Source of the DNA: an uncultured Verrucomicrobiae bacterium
GTDB taxonomy: Bacteria > Verrucomicrobiota > Verrucomicrobiia > Chthoniobacterales > JAATET01
Length of the DNA: 64,000 nt
Reading direction: 5' to 3'
NCBI GenBank assembly: GCA_963719495.1
Contig: CAVRCI010000011.1
Coordinates: 161,340 to 225,339, forward strand
Shown here one piece after another: positions 19,251 to 28,904 of the stretch (position 1 is its first letter; each line of letters starts with the position of its first letter). The notes under the pieces were generated by a model. The model made no database searches, was not told where the DNA came from, and saw only the letters and a program-made list of their open reading frames with translations. Made by a program: the position numbers and the translations under genes.

Positions 19251-19491
19251 GTCTTTCTGAACGACAGCAAACGTCAGGCAATGAGGGGTTTAGGATGGGG
19301 TTACCGAGCTGTTTTCGCGAAAGACTGGAACAGACAGAAAACGACAGGAACGGCCTCGAAACTGTCCCCAAACTGCCCCGCGATTTTAAGATCTCTCAAG
19401 AAAAAGTCGTTTCTGCGAAGCCCCCAGCCTCAGTTTTCGCTTCCTACGTGTAAATCGTTCACTATCAATTGCTAGCGTTGCAATAATGGTC

Positions 19492-20754
19492 TCAGTTATT
19501 GCTCAGTAAACCGAGAATCGCTTTTGCTTCTGCGACCGTCCGGATTCCCCAGACGTTCGGTATAACCATGCTTGCGGTCACAATCTTCCCAAGCGCTTCT
19601 TGTTCGCTTTTGTAAGCCGCCACCTTCGCAACGAGACGGGCAAGGTCGGAAAGTTGGTTTTCGCCGATGAGATGGCGCGCTTCCTCGAGAGTCGTTCGGG
19701 TGAGGCGAATCGCATAACCGTAGGTCTCCACGCTGATTGATTCGCGCTCAGGCTCGCGTAGCAAGTGATACAGCAAAGCGTATTGGTGAGTCCTGAAGAG
19801 CAATCGTCTTGAGAAGGCGATCGGAACAGATTTGGGATCAGGGAAGATTGAGGCGAACGCTGCGCAGTAGGTGGCAATTGGGTCGGGACCCACTTTGTAG
19901 GTAGAGCGCATCTGCGATGAAATCCGATCCCAGTGGATCTGCCATCCAGAGGTATCGATCTCATACATTGGGAAATTTTCCGGCGGACGATCCGGGTCGG
20001 CGCGGGCAATCAGATAGCCGAACCGAGCAAGCAGACCATCAACCATCGACTCGGAGGAATTGTGCCGAGTCCAGAGCTCGGTCTGGCTGAGAAAGTAAAG
20101 GGAGATACAGTGATCAGAGATTCTCAGGCTTCCGTCTCCCCTTGTTCTCCAACTGATCTCATCGCCCGTTCCGAGGGCGAGCAAAATTGACTTGAGCTTG
20201 GCTTGATCTGCCTGGCTAGCCCAACGAAGAAACTGACCCGCCTCGTCCTGAATCCACAGACCTCGCGAGTCGTCGGAAATGGCGTCGAAAAGGGCGCGAG
20301 CGCTGGCCACCCCTGCGGCATCTACCCGAGGATCCTCGATGACGGACAACAGCTTCTTCACGGTCAGAGATTTTCCGGTTCCCGAGTCGGCCAGAACGAC
20401 GGTCCAGATGTTGGGCTGAATTTCCGTTCCGCCGCAGCTTGCAGTAACTCCCCTCCGAGCAGCCAAACCAGCAATGAGATGCAGCGCCGTCATATAAGGA
20501 ATTTCGAGCGGCAAGTCGCTTCCCGCGCGAAAACTTTCGCAGACCGCCTCGAGCAACGAAGCTGGCGGGAGGAGGTTGTCGCCACGCCACCTGCGAATAG
20601 GGCCTGCTTGCTGAACGGCTAGCCAGCCGCGCAGTTCGTCGCGAAATGTCGAGTCGCTGATTCGCGATACGAACGGCAATTCGGGCTGCCCGCTCCGGCG
20701 GCCTCCCTTCTTCCTGGGAGACCGCTTCCGAGCGGAATCGGTCGAACTACCCAT
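19492..20754 (-). CDS. DUF3987/YfjI-like P-loop protein (putative replication helicase of mobile elements)
   Basis: IQPNIWTVVLADSGTGKS Walker A, GLWIQDEAG Walker B, DGLLARF. Confidence 0.7.
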   Translation of the reverse strand: MGSSTDSARKRSPRKKGGRRSGQPELPFVSRISDSTFRDELRGWLAVQQAGPIRRWRGDNLLPPASLLEAVCESFRAGSDLPLEIPYMTALHLIAGLAARRGVTASCGGTEIQPNIWTVVLADSGTGKSLTVKKLLSVIEDPRVDAAGVASARALFDAISDDSRGLWIQDEAGQFLRWASQADQAKLKSILLALGTGDEISWRTRGDGSLRISDHCISLYFLSQTELWTRHNSSESMVDGLLARFGYLIARADPDRPPENFPMYEIDTSGWQIHWDRISSQMRSTYKVGPDPIATYCAAFASIFPDPKSVPIAFSRRLLFRTHQYALLYHLLREPERESISVETYGYAIRLTRTTLEEARHLIGENQLSDLARLVAKVAAYKSEQEALGKIVTASMVIPNVWGIRTVAEAKAILGLLSNN

Positions 20755-20947
20755 TCTGGCGGGCTGGTTGATCAGCTAGGGCCGAGAAGGATGCAAGGAT
20801 GTGGTCAACCGCAGAATTGATATCTGCTCGAGTCACCGAATCGAGGTTCAATCTCTCTGCTGTCGCAAGACGCAGAGCACCTTCGGCGGAATCGAGAAGG
20901 GTCTGAACTCGGTCCCGCTGTGACCTGGAAATTGGTGTTCGGGGCAT
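20747..20947 (-). CDS. Small hypothetical protein (66 aa)
   Basis: ATG overlaps the relaxase stop (TGATG) and the ORF end overlaps the DUF3987 start, suggesting translational coupling. Confidence 0.5.
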   Translation of the reverse strand: MPRTPISRSQRDRVQTLLDSAEGALRLATAERLNLDSVTRADINSAVDHILASFSALADQPARQNG

Positions 20948-22862
20948 CAAATTTTTTGTCCCTCCGCTTCTTCGCCAGAGTCCTCGCCGATCTCAACGAC
21001 TTGGTTTGCAGTGAGCTGGATAACGTCATTCCAATCCTTGCCAGCAGTGGGGCAGTCCCGCTCGAATCGATCCGTGACGCCGCGCCTCTCTGCTTCCTGA
21101 CGTAGCTGGGAGTGCATTCGCTCACCCGCCTCGTCGTTGTCGAATGCCGCGACGATCTTCGCCCCGACGCGGATCGCGAGCCGGACGATCAGCTCGACGA
21201 TGCGGAGGCCGAATCCGCCACCGGTGCTGAGGTAAACTGCGTCACTTGGGAGCCCGTGCGCTTGGGCGTGGCTCATGCAGTCTATGGCGGATTCGCAAAC
21301 GACGATCACGCTCTCATCCCGCCCGGGACGACTCATCCACAAGCCCCGCTTGCCGCCCTTGCTGAATCCTTTCGCGTCTGGACCGCGATATTCGTAGCCA
21401 CTCCCACCGGCGATCGAGTGCGCGAAGCGGACCGTCTCGTTCGATCCGAATTCCACTGACTGTGCGAAGTGGGAGAGCGTCTCCTCGGTTAGTGCCCGCG
21501 AGCGGAGGTAGCAGCTCGCGTAAGTCGCACTTTCACGCGATTCCGCCCGAGTCGCTGAATCGCGATGGGCTGGAGCTGCCGCTCTCTTCGGCGGTCGGGA
21601 AAGAAAAATCTGCGCGGCTGGCTCGGGTAATTCCGTCGAAAGTATCTCCGCAAGTCTCCTGCGAACCTCCCCAAGGTTCCCCCAAGAAAGTTCGTTTTGG
21701 CAAAAATCGATGACGCTCCCGCTAGAGCTACCGTTACGGGAAAAATACGTCCAATGCCCATCGTCGGCCCTCATGATGACGATCTCGCGGCTTCTGTCGG
21801 GGTGACGCATCTGGCCAGACCCACCGGAAAGATCGACCACCCATCCGTGGACACCGGCTAGATTTCGTAGGGATATTTCCTTTTTCAATCTGTCGAGATC
21901 TGGGAGCGGTGTTGATTGATCCGATCTGCCGCTTCCTGCGGAGTCAGCCGACACGGAACTCCGTCGATGAGGGTCTCGCCATTTTCCGACCAGATTTTCC
22001 CCACCGTCGCCGGGACGAGCCAAATTCCTCCGACGTATTGGAGGCTGGAGGTCAGTTGTTCGAGCTCGTCGGCGGTTCGCTCGAGTTCTCTCGCGAGCCG
22101 TAGTGCATGCAATGCTGACGAGCGATTCGTCGTCGGCTGTGGCCTCTCTGTTTCGCCGCTTGGATCCATAATTGTATTCGGAGTTTCCTCGCATTGCTGC
22201 GTTCGCTTTTGCGCCAATATGGATTGTTGGAACCAACGGAATGCCGTTTTCTACGTGCGATAAGTGACTCACTCGTTGATCGCACCCCGCACGCTCCAGT
22301 GCTCGGTTGGTTCGGGATGCCCACTCTTCACGCATTCCGACGAGCGCAGCCCGCATCGCTCTGATGTCGGAACTCATGGCGCGGATTTTTTTGGGTCCAA
22401 AGCCGCTTCCATCACACGTTCGCGTGCTCCAAATCAGGTGGGCGTGGTGATTTCGTTCATCACCTTTTTCGTTTGGTTTATGGATTGACCAAGCCACCGC
22501 GCAGCCATGTTGATCGCGCAGCCATGTTGATCGCGCAGCCAGCAGGTATATCCTACCACGAGTCTCCGCCGCTCCGAATCAGATAGCTCATATGGGAGGG
22601 CAATAACCGCAGATCGGGCAACGCACGCGTCACGTCGAATTTCCGCATTTTCGAGGGCCAACGCGAACGACTGTAAGTCTCCATTCCATCCGACAATCCC
22701 GGTTGCCGTGATTTCATCCGCCCGCCGCGAGACCAACCATTTTGGGATCAGTGTCCCGCTTGATTCCTTTAACTGTTCTCCGAAAGCGTATCCCAATGAC
22801 CGTGGAGCAGATTGGTTTTTCGAGCGGCAAACGGGCGTCACGGCTAGGTGGAAGATGGCCAT
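20947..22862 (-). pseudogene. MobA/MobL (MOBQ) relaxase fused to a DUF3991/toprim-like domain, frameshifted by a 17-bp duplication
   Basis: N-terminal part MAIFHLAVTPVCRSKNQSA...ALPYELS; C-terminal part NHHAHLIWSTR, IPLVPTIHIG, VCESAIDCMSH, AFDNDEAG, GKDWND. Removing one GCAGCCATGTTGATCGC copy joins them in frame (632 aa). Confidence 0.85.
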
Positions 22863-22932
22863 CTGCTTATCTTTCCCGACCGCCGAATTGGCAAGCGGCA
22901 GCGCGCCCTCCGAGCACCCGCGAGGCGCATTT

Positions 22933-22968
22933 GTATCGGCGCTCTGGCCGATACCTAATTGCGCTTCC
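22933..22968 (+). other. Putative MOBQ-type origin of transfer (oriT)
   Basis: Inverted repeat GTATCGGC/GCCGATAC followed by TAATTGCGC, directly upstream of the relaxase gene. Confidence 0.7.
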
Positions 22969-23010
22969 GTCAGCAGGCGGAACAGCTGGATTCAGCGATC
23001 TAGCGAACAT

Positions 23011-23277
23011 TTAAGAATCCGTTTCGGGAAGACGATGGATCGGCCCGTCTTGGGCCGGTGGGAGGCACGACTCGATCAATCGGCGTTCACGGTCACGAAG
23101 TGACGGAAGCAGAGTTCGGACTTCTTGTGGCCGCTCCTTCATAAAATAGAGGCCAATAGCCTCAGCTGCTCGCATGACGTGCAGACGTTTGAGGATTTTC
23201 TGGCACTCTTCAGCCTCTTTCGCTCGCTTGATTAGGGCTTGTGCTTGTTCTCGAAGTTGTTGAGGTGATTTTGCCAT
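23011..23277 (-). CDS. Small helical protein, possible relaxosome accessory (MobC/MobS-like position)
   Basis: 88-aa coiled-coil-like ORF next to the oriT; the call is positional only. Confidence 0.5.
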   Translation of the reverse strand: MAKSPQQLREQAQALIKRAKEAEECQKILKRLHVMRAAEAIGLYFMKERPQEVRTLLPSLRDRERRLIESCLPPAQDGPIHRLPETDS

Positions 23278-23584
23278 TTAGTTGTATTTTTTGGTTTGAT
23301 CTGAACTGGCCAGAGGGGGCGGAACTTTGCCTGCTCGTGGAGGATGCTGGCGCGGCTAATTTGTCCTCCATTTCGCAAGCTGCCCTACATGGCCATGGAG
23401 GGGGGATAGCGCCCGACTGTAGGCGCTTAAGGAGCTTCGCAACGTCGGACTCAAGATACTTCGGGTCCCGTGTCGACGGAACGACTGGTCTAATCCAACC
23501 AGCGCGAAGGGAGCGGCGAAAGCGATCGCGCCCGACGATTTTGTCAACTTGAGGGCCTGAAAGCGTCCGTATCGAAAAGCTCAT
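23210..23584 (-). CDS. Putative excisionase-like DNA-binding protein
   Basis: Short basic N-terminal domain (...RAGWIRPV...PKYLESDVAKLL) resembling Xis/MerR-type winged HTH; first gene of the mob operon. Confidence 0.5.
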   Translation of the reverse strand: MSFSIRTLSGPQVDKIVGRDRFRRSLRAGWIRPVVPSTRDPKYLESDVAKLLKRLQSGAIPPPWPCRAACEMEDKLAAPASSTSRQSSAPSGQFRSNQKIQLNGKITSTTSRTSTSPNQASERG

Positions 23585-23586
23585 AG

Positions 23587-23611
23587 CGCATCTATAGAAA
23601 CTATAGATGCG
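23587..23611. promoter_or_regulatory. Perfect 11-bp inverted repeat between divergent genes (putative operator)
   Basis: CGCATCTATAG-AAA-CTATAGATGCG. Confidence 0.6.
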
Positions 23612-23657
23612 TCGGCAAGCCTTTTCTTTTTTGGGTCAGCCCGCTACTTCTCGCGGC

Positions 23658-24059
23658 ATGACGGATCGCCGAAAGAAGACCGCAATGATCTATGAGCGAT
23701 TGGTGGATGATCTCGAAGAGATCTCTGCGGTTCTTCAGATGTCTGGAAATGCGCTCGTCAATGCTGGTCTTGAGTCGCTGTTCAAAGAGATGAAGTCGAA
23801 GAAGAAGCCGGAGGTTCCGGCGATAGTTCAGCTATACAGAAAAGCGACTCGAAGAGATTTAACGGCAGCGGACAAGTTGGTCTTCGGATGGCTAGAATCT
23901 CATTTTCCGGATTGGGCGGCGAAGACTGCCGAATTCCGACGTCTAACCGTGAAAATTGCGAGTGAGTCCGAGGATCTGGACGTCAAAAAAATACAGTCTG
24001 CAGCGGACGCTGCTTGGAAAATCGTCTGCGAAAAAGAAAGGGATGGTGTCCTCAAATAA
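23658..24059 (+). CDS. Hypothetical protein, possible ribbon-helix-helix repressor
   Basis: MTDRRKKTAMIYERLVDDLEEISAVLQMSGNALVNAGLE has a beta-helix-helix pattern; divergent from the xis-like gene. Confidence 0.5.
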   Translation: MTDRRKKTAMIYERLVDDLEEISAVLQMSGNALVNAGLESLFKEMKSKKKPEVPAIVQLYRKATRRDLTAADKLVFGWLESHFPDWAAKTAEFRRLTVKIASESEDLDVKKIQSAADAAWKIVCEKERDGVLK

Positions 24060-26721
24060 CTTTCGTGATTGCAGTAAAATCCAGAGCACTCGGCATCACA
24101 AAAAGGCATTTGCCGCCGCTGCGGCTGGCCCAGATTGCTCCGACGGCCGCTTTATCGGCTGACTCGGAGACGAGGTGGGAACCCTTGTATTCGACTACGA
24201 GAATTCTCCCGTCGGTGAGTTGGCAGACGAAGTCGGGGTAGAACCAGTCGGTGCTGGTTTGGAGGCGAAAGGATGAGCGTTTGCGTGAAAGGTTCCGCAC
24301 CCAGAATTGCACCTCCTTCATGTCGTCGAGGTATTGGGCGCATTGGAATTCTTCGGTGAGGCTGTTGTCCGCTCGCTTCTCCTGGAGTTCACCCGGCTTG
24401 CTGCCGAAGTAATGTTTCTTGAACGCGAAGGCTCCCTCGTAGAGCCAGCCCGGTTCATAGATGGACTCGCGGAAGTTGATCGCGGCGTCCGGCGTCACCG
24501 ATAGTGCGGATTCGGGTAGCAACCAACGATCAAATGCCTGGCTCTGTTCGGCGGCTCGGTGCGTTTGGATTCGAGTTTCGATCTGGTCGCGCAGTCGGAA
24601 TCGGTCGAGGGCGAGGATGCTGACTTCCGTGATCCCATGCTTCGACATCACTCCGGTGATGGCTTTTCGGAGGAACCCCGCGGCTTCTCCGGCGGGAATG
24701 TCGGTGTGACTGATTCGCTGATCGATCCAGCGGATGAGGGCTTCCATCGTCCAGTCGGTGGTTGTCCCGAGACTCAACGCGCTCTGGTGCAACTTCCCGA
24801 CGAAATCCTCGGAACCTTCGGCCTCGGAGACGCTGGCTTTCACGTCGCCCGATTGGGCAATGTCGATGGTTCCGGCTCGGCCCTTGGGACGCAGAAGCGG
24901 GTTGTAGGAATCTGGCAAGCTGGCATCTCGTTCCGATAGCCGCCACGGGTGTTCGAGGAGAATGGACCGCTCGAACTCGAAGAAATCACCATCCTCGTTG
25001 ACCGCGAGAAGCGGGACGATGAAGTCCATTTGTCGCTCGAAGGGTGACGGGGAGAGCGTCGCCGAATTCGGGTCGAAGACGCGGGCGTTTTCGCGCATGA
25101 CGTTGACCGCGCGAGTGATCCGCTCCCGCGCTTCGGTCGTCGTCGCGCATTGCTCGATCTTCGTCGCTTCCGCCTCGTCGAGTGGAACGAGAATGGTCAC
25201 GGCTCCCGTTTCTACGTCAAGCTTGAGCTTGCCTCCCAACGAGCTGACGGCGGCCTTCGCGCTTTCGAGATCCAATTCCGATCCTGGTTCAAGTTGGACG
25301 ATTCGTGGCTGCGATCCCAGCGGGGTTTGGGTCACGGGTATGACGATCCGGTCGGCTTCGGTCTGGGTGAATCCGTTGCTGACGAGCGCATCGCGGAGTT
25401 CGGCGAGGACTTCGCCAATCGCGGCAGACAGCGAGAAGGCGTAGGCGCAGTTCAGGTCGGGATGCGACTTGGGCCGGGCGTTGGGGAGCCGGAGGATCCG
25501 CCCGACGATTTGCTCGATGGCGGTGGCCGAACGGGTCTGTTTGAGTGAACAAAGGACGTAGGCAAACGGACAGTCCCAGCCCTCGCGGAGCTTCTCGACG
25601 GTGATGATGATCCGCACGGGCGACTTGGCGCTGGAAACATCCAGAGCGCCTTTGAGTTCATCCTTCGTGCCGGTCGAGATGAGGATCTGTTCCTTCGGGA
25701 TTCCGTGGTTCGCGGTGAGTTGTTCGCGGAGGGGTTCGCAGGCGTCGATTCGCTCGGCTTGGACGAGAAGGATAGGGCGGAGGTATTCACCGGTGGCCTG
25801 AGCCTCCGAGACTGCGAGTTGTTCGAGGTCGTTCCGTAGCGTGATGGCGTCGGCGACGAGTTCGTCGCGCTGGCTGGGGTCGCGGACGATCACCCGCAAG
25901 GGCAGCTTCACCATGTCCGCCGCCTTCAACTCGGAGGCCGAGACGTAGTGCAGGAGATTCGACGGCGATTTTTTTCGGTCCGGGGTTGCCGTGAATTCGA
26001 CGATGCAGGCCGGTAGGACGCTGGCCAGCGTGGCGAAGGAAAGAGCCGTGCGGGAGTTGTGGGCTTCGTCGACGATCACCACGGGGCGACGGAGCCGAAG
26101 CAGGTTCACGAGCGAGGGAATCGGACGGCCGTCGGGTCCGGGGAGCAATTCCGCCTCCCGCCCGGCTGGGAGGTTGAGGAGGTGCTCCAAGAATACGCCG
26201 TTCTGGGAGTAGACCTTGCGCCCGGTGGTGTCCTCGGCCCGGAAGGCTTGGATGGTCGAGACGATGACAACGGTCTGATCCCGGCTCGTCGAAAACGGGA
26301 GTTGGAGCGCCTCCTCGATGGTCACGACTTCGACTGGCCCGCCGCACGCGGTATTGAGCGCTAGGCGGTAAGGGTGGTTCGGGTCGCGAAGGGCGTCAGC
26401 GGTCTGGGCGAGAATCGTGGTCGTGGGGACGAGCCAGAGGACGATGCCGGTGTCGGCTTGGAGAAATTCCTCGATGGCGATTCCAGCCGCGTGGCAGCCG
26501 AGCAAGGTCTTCCCTCCTCCCGTCGGGACTCGGAGACAGACGAAGGGCATCTCGGTCGAGAAGCCATCCGCTTTGACCGTGAGATACTGTTCCGGGTCGC
26601 GCCCGTTGGCCGCAACGACGTTTCGGTAGGCTTCCGCGACCGGAGTTCCTTTGCCCGCCGCGCGGAGGAAGGAACGGAGCGAATCAAGGACGCGGCCCTG
26701 GTAATCTTTTAGAGCGATCAT
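24052..26721 (-). CDS. res: Type III restriction endonuclease Res subunit
   Basis: LKDYQ, VPTGGGKT, IVDEAH, FTATP, LREGWDCP, EQIVGRILR and C-terminal YPDFV...VVEYKG (PD-(D/E)xK). Confidence 0.9.
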   Translation of the reverse strand: MIALKDYQGRVLDSLRSFLRAAGKGTPVAEAYRNVVAANGRDPEQYLTVKADGFSTEMPFVCLRVPTGGGKTLLGCHAAGIAIEEFLQADTGIVLWLVPTTTILAQTADALRDPNHPYRLALNTACGGPVEVVTIEEALQLPFSTSRDQTVVIVSTIQAFRAEDTTGRKVYSQNGVFLEHLLNLPAGREAELLPGPDGRPIPSLVNLLRLRRPVVIVDEAHNSRTALSFATLASVLPACIVEFTATPDRKKSPSNLLHYVSASELKAADMVKLPLRVIVRDPSQRDELVADAITLRNDLEQLAVSEAQATGEYLRPILLVQAERIDACEPLREQLTANHGIPKEQILISTGTKDELKGALDVSSAKSPVRIIITVEKLREGWDCPFAYVLCSLKQTRSATAIEQIVGRILRLPNARPKSHPDLNCAYAFSLSAAIGEVLAELRDALVSNGFTQTEADRIVIPVTQTPLGSQPRIVQLEPGSELDLESAKAAVSSLGGKLKLDVETGAVTILVPLDEAEATKIEQCATTTEARERITRAVNVMRENARVFDPNSATLSPSPFERQMDFIVPLLAVNEDGDFFEFERSILLEHPWRLSERDASLPDSYNPLLRPKGRAGTIDIAQSGDVKASVSEAEGSEDFVGKLHQSALSLGTTTDWTMEALIRWIDQRISHTDIPAGEAAGFLRKAITGVMSKHGITEVSILALDRFRLRDQIETRIQTHRAAEQSQAFDRWLLPESALSVTPDAAINFRESIYEPGWLYEGAFAFKKHYFGSKPGELQEKRADNSLTEEFQCAQYLDDMKEVQFWVRNLSRKRSSFRLQTSTDWFYPDFVCQLTDGRILVVEYKGSHLVSESADKAAVGAIWASRSGGKCLFVMPSALDFTAITKVI

Positions 26722-28337
26722 GAAGCACGAATCCCGTAGGGGGTCTGTCGGACCGTGATGCCGAGGTCGCCCAGCTTTTCGCTGCTGAGTAGATTTCCCG
26801 CGCAGAAGATCACTTTCGGGCCCTCGAACTTCGGTAGCGCGGCGAGCATCGCCCGAGTGAGGACGTTTCCGCCGTTCCGGGTCTTGTCACCCATGATGCC
26901 ATTAAACAAAAGGTAGATGCCGACCCCGCGATGGGAGCCGAGGAATGGCGTATTCGGCACCCGGTCCTTGGGAAGCGGCGCGCCGGTCTCGGAGAAATAG
27001 ACGTGCCGCGCGAGGTCAGCGAAGCGAACCGTTTCCCGGATTTGGCCGGTTTCGTCGAAGAGCGGCTCCCCGAGTTCGCAGTAGCGGAATCCTCCGCCAA
27101 GGCCTGGCACCTCGACGCCTTTCTGTGAAGTGTAGCCCTCCGCGACGCGCTGAACTCGTTTTGCCGTCACGTCCTTCGCAATTTTATCGTCCAACTCGAC
27201 GATGATGAAACGTCGCGCGGGTTGATCGGGAATTGAGGCGTTCTTCTGGAGCACGGAGTGCGCCGTAGTTCCAGAGCCGCCAAATGAATCAAGGATGAGG
27301 TCGCCGGGATCTGAACCGATTTCAATCACTCGCTCCATCAGACTTTTGGGTTTTGGAGTGATGAAAAGGTCCTGGGATGCTCCTGCCGACATTGCCTGAC
27401 TGAGTTCCTGTTTGGCGTGCCGTGTGCTCCCGACCTCCTTCCAGAGCCAAAGTGTCTGGGGAACTACTCCTGCCCTCACCTCTGAAATGAACCGCTTAAC
27501 CCCGGGGCGGTTGTCTTGGTTTTTGCCCCACCAAATCCGGTTATCTCGATCAAGCTCGCGAAATTTTTCTTCGCTCACTCGCCAGTAACTTCCCGCTGGA
27601 GGACCTTCAATCACTCTGCCCTTTGGCGTTTTGATTGAATACCGCCCTTGAGAATAGAAATTGCGCGCTGCCAAGTCGCTCAAGAGCCATTCACCTCGCG
27701 GGTCGTTGTCGGGGTTCTTGTATCGCGCCACCATCGCCTCCGTTCTGGGAACGCGATTTGGCCTCCAGACTGCTGCGTCCCTCGCGTAGATGAGGATGTA
27801 ATCGTGATCAACGCTCAGATGGACAGCAGTGTTCTTGGGACTGTCCATTTTCTGCCAGATCACGGAGGCGATGAAGTTTTGGCGTCCGAAAATCTCATCC
27901 ATCAAAAAGCGAAGAGATTGGACCTCGTTGTCGTCGATGCAGACGAAAATGGCTCCATCACGCGTGAGGAAATCGCGGAGGAGCCGCAGCCGAGGATACA
28001 TCATGCACAGCCACCGGTCATGGCGGTCGAGGGTTTCGCCTTCCTTGCCGACGACCTTCCCGAGCCATTCGCGGAGAACGGGGCTGTTGACGTTGTCGTT
28101 GTAGGCCCAACCCTCGTTGCCGGTGTTGTAGGGTGGATCGATGCAGACGCATTTCGCGCGTCCGGCGTAGTAGGGTAGCAGGGCTTTGAGGCCGACAAGG
28201 TTGTCCGCTCGAAGGATCAGATTCCCGGAATCGGGATCGCCGCACGCGAGGGATGGAACATCTTTGAGGAGGTGAAAGGGAACCTCCCGGTGGTGATTCA
28301 CCACGGCGTCCTTCCCTATCCAATTCAGCGTCGGCAT
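26718..28337 (-). CDS. mod: Type III R-M DNA methyltransferase Mod subunit
   Basis: MPTLNWIGK, IDPPYNTG, HDRWLCMMYPRL, TPKP, ILDSFGGSGTT (beta-class order); ATGA overlap with res. Confidence 0.92.
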   Translation of the reverse strand: MPTLNWIGKDAVVNHHREVPFHLLKDVPSLACGDPDSGNLILRADNLVGLKALLPYYAGRAKCVCIDPPYNTGNEGWAYNDNVNSPVLREWLGKVVGKEGETLDRHDRWLCMMYPRLRLLRDFLTRDGAIFVCIDDNEVQSLRFLMDEIFGRQNFIASVIWQKMDSPKNTAVHLSVDHDYILIYARDAAVWRPNRVPRTEAMVARYKNPDNDPRGEWLLSDLAARNFYSQGRYSIKTPKGRVIEGPPAGSYWRVSEEKFRELDRDNRIWWGKNQDNRPGVKRFISEVRAGVVPQTLWLWKEVGSTRHAKQELSQAMSAGASQDLFITPKPKSLMERVIEIGSDPGDLILDSFGGSGTTAHSVLQKNASIPDQPARRFIIVELDDKIAKDVTAKRVQRVAEGYTSQKGVEVPGLGGGFRYCELGEPLFDETGQIRETVRFADLARHVYFSETGAPLPKDRVPNTPFLGSHRGVGIYLLFNGIMGDKTRNGGNVLTRAMLAALPKFEGPKVIFCAGNLLSSEKLGDLGITVRQTPYGIRAS

Positions 28338-28390
28338 TGAGCCTTCGCAAGATAGGGAGAGGAGCCGAGCGGCAAATCAAAAAATGCGGA

Positions 28391-28615
28391 TCAGTGGCCG
28401 AGCCGCTTCTTCGCCTTTTCGACGGCTTCGTCGGACCCCGTCAATTCGATCTCGGTTTTGCCACGGCGTTCGACCACGCGGGCTCGTGCGCCGGTCCCCC
28501 GGATCTTGCGGTTAACGTCCTCTCGAGCGGCCGCGAGGATGGACTTTTTGATTTCGCGGTCGAATTGGGATCGATTCGAGATCGAGTGGCCGTTGAGGGT
28601 GATGTCAAAAATCAT
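28391..28615 (-). CDS. Small basic hypothetical protein (74 aa)
   Basis: Clean ORF with protein-like composition between DUF2188 and mod. Confidence 0.6.
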   Translation of the reverse strand: MIFDITLNGHSISNRSQFDREIKKSILAAAREDVNRKIRGTGARARVVERRGKTEIELTGSDEAVEKAKKRLGH

Positions 28616-28670
28616 GAGTTTTTAGAGGATGGGACCGACCGGCCAAGAGCCAATCGGTCCCGGTTCCCTT

Positions 28671-28904
28671 CTAGCCCTTGGATTTGCGAGGGTCGTTTCC
28701 GTAGCTGTATGCCTCGCGGAACTTGCCGTCTTCTCCGTGGATGCGGAGTTCGCCGTGGGTTTGCTTGGCAAGATCCCGACCCCGGTCGATGGCCTCGCGT
28801 TGAGTGCGAGTGACCGCTGAAGCGCGTTCACTGCCCTCCCGTTGGGTTTTCCATCCGCTGCCATCGGCGCGGCTGACGTGGTAATGTTTGCTAGGTGTAG
28901 CCAT
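28671..28904 (-). CDS. DUF2188 domain protein
   Basis: YHV...GWKTQREGSERAS...TQREAIDRGRDLAK...ELRIHGEDGKFREAYSYGNDP. Confidence 0.85.
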   Translation of the reverse strand: MATPSKHYHVSRADGSGWKTQREGSERASAVTRTQREAIDRGRDLAKQTHGELRIHGEDGKFREAYSYGNDPRKSKG

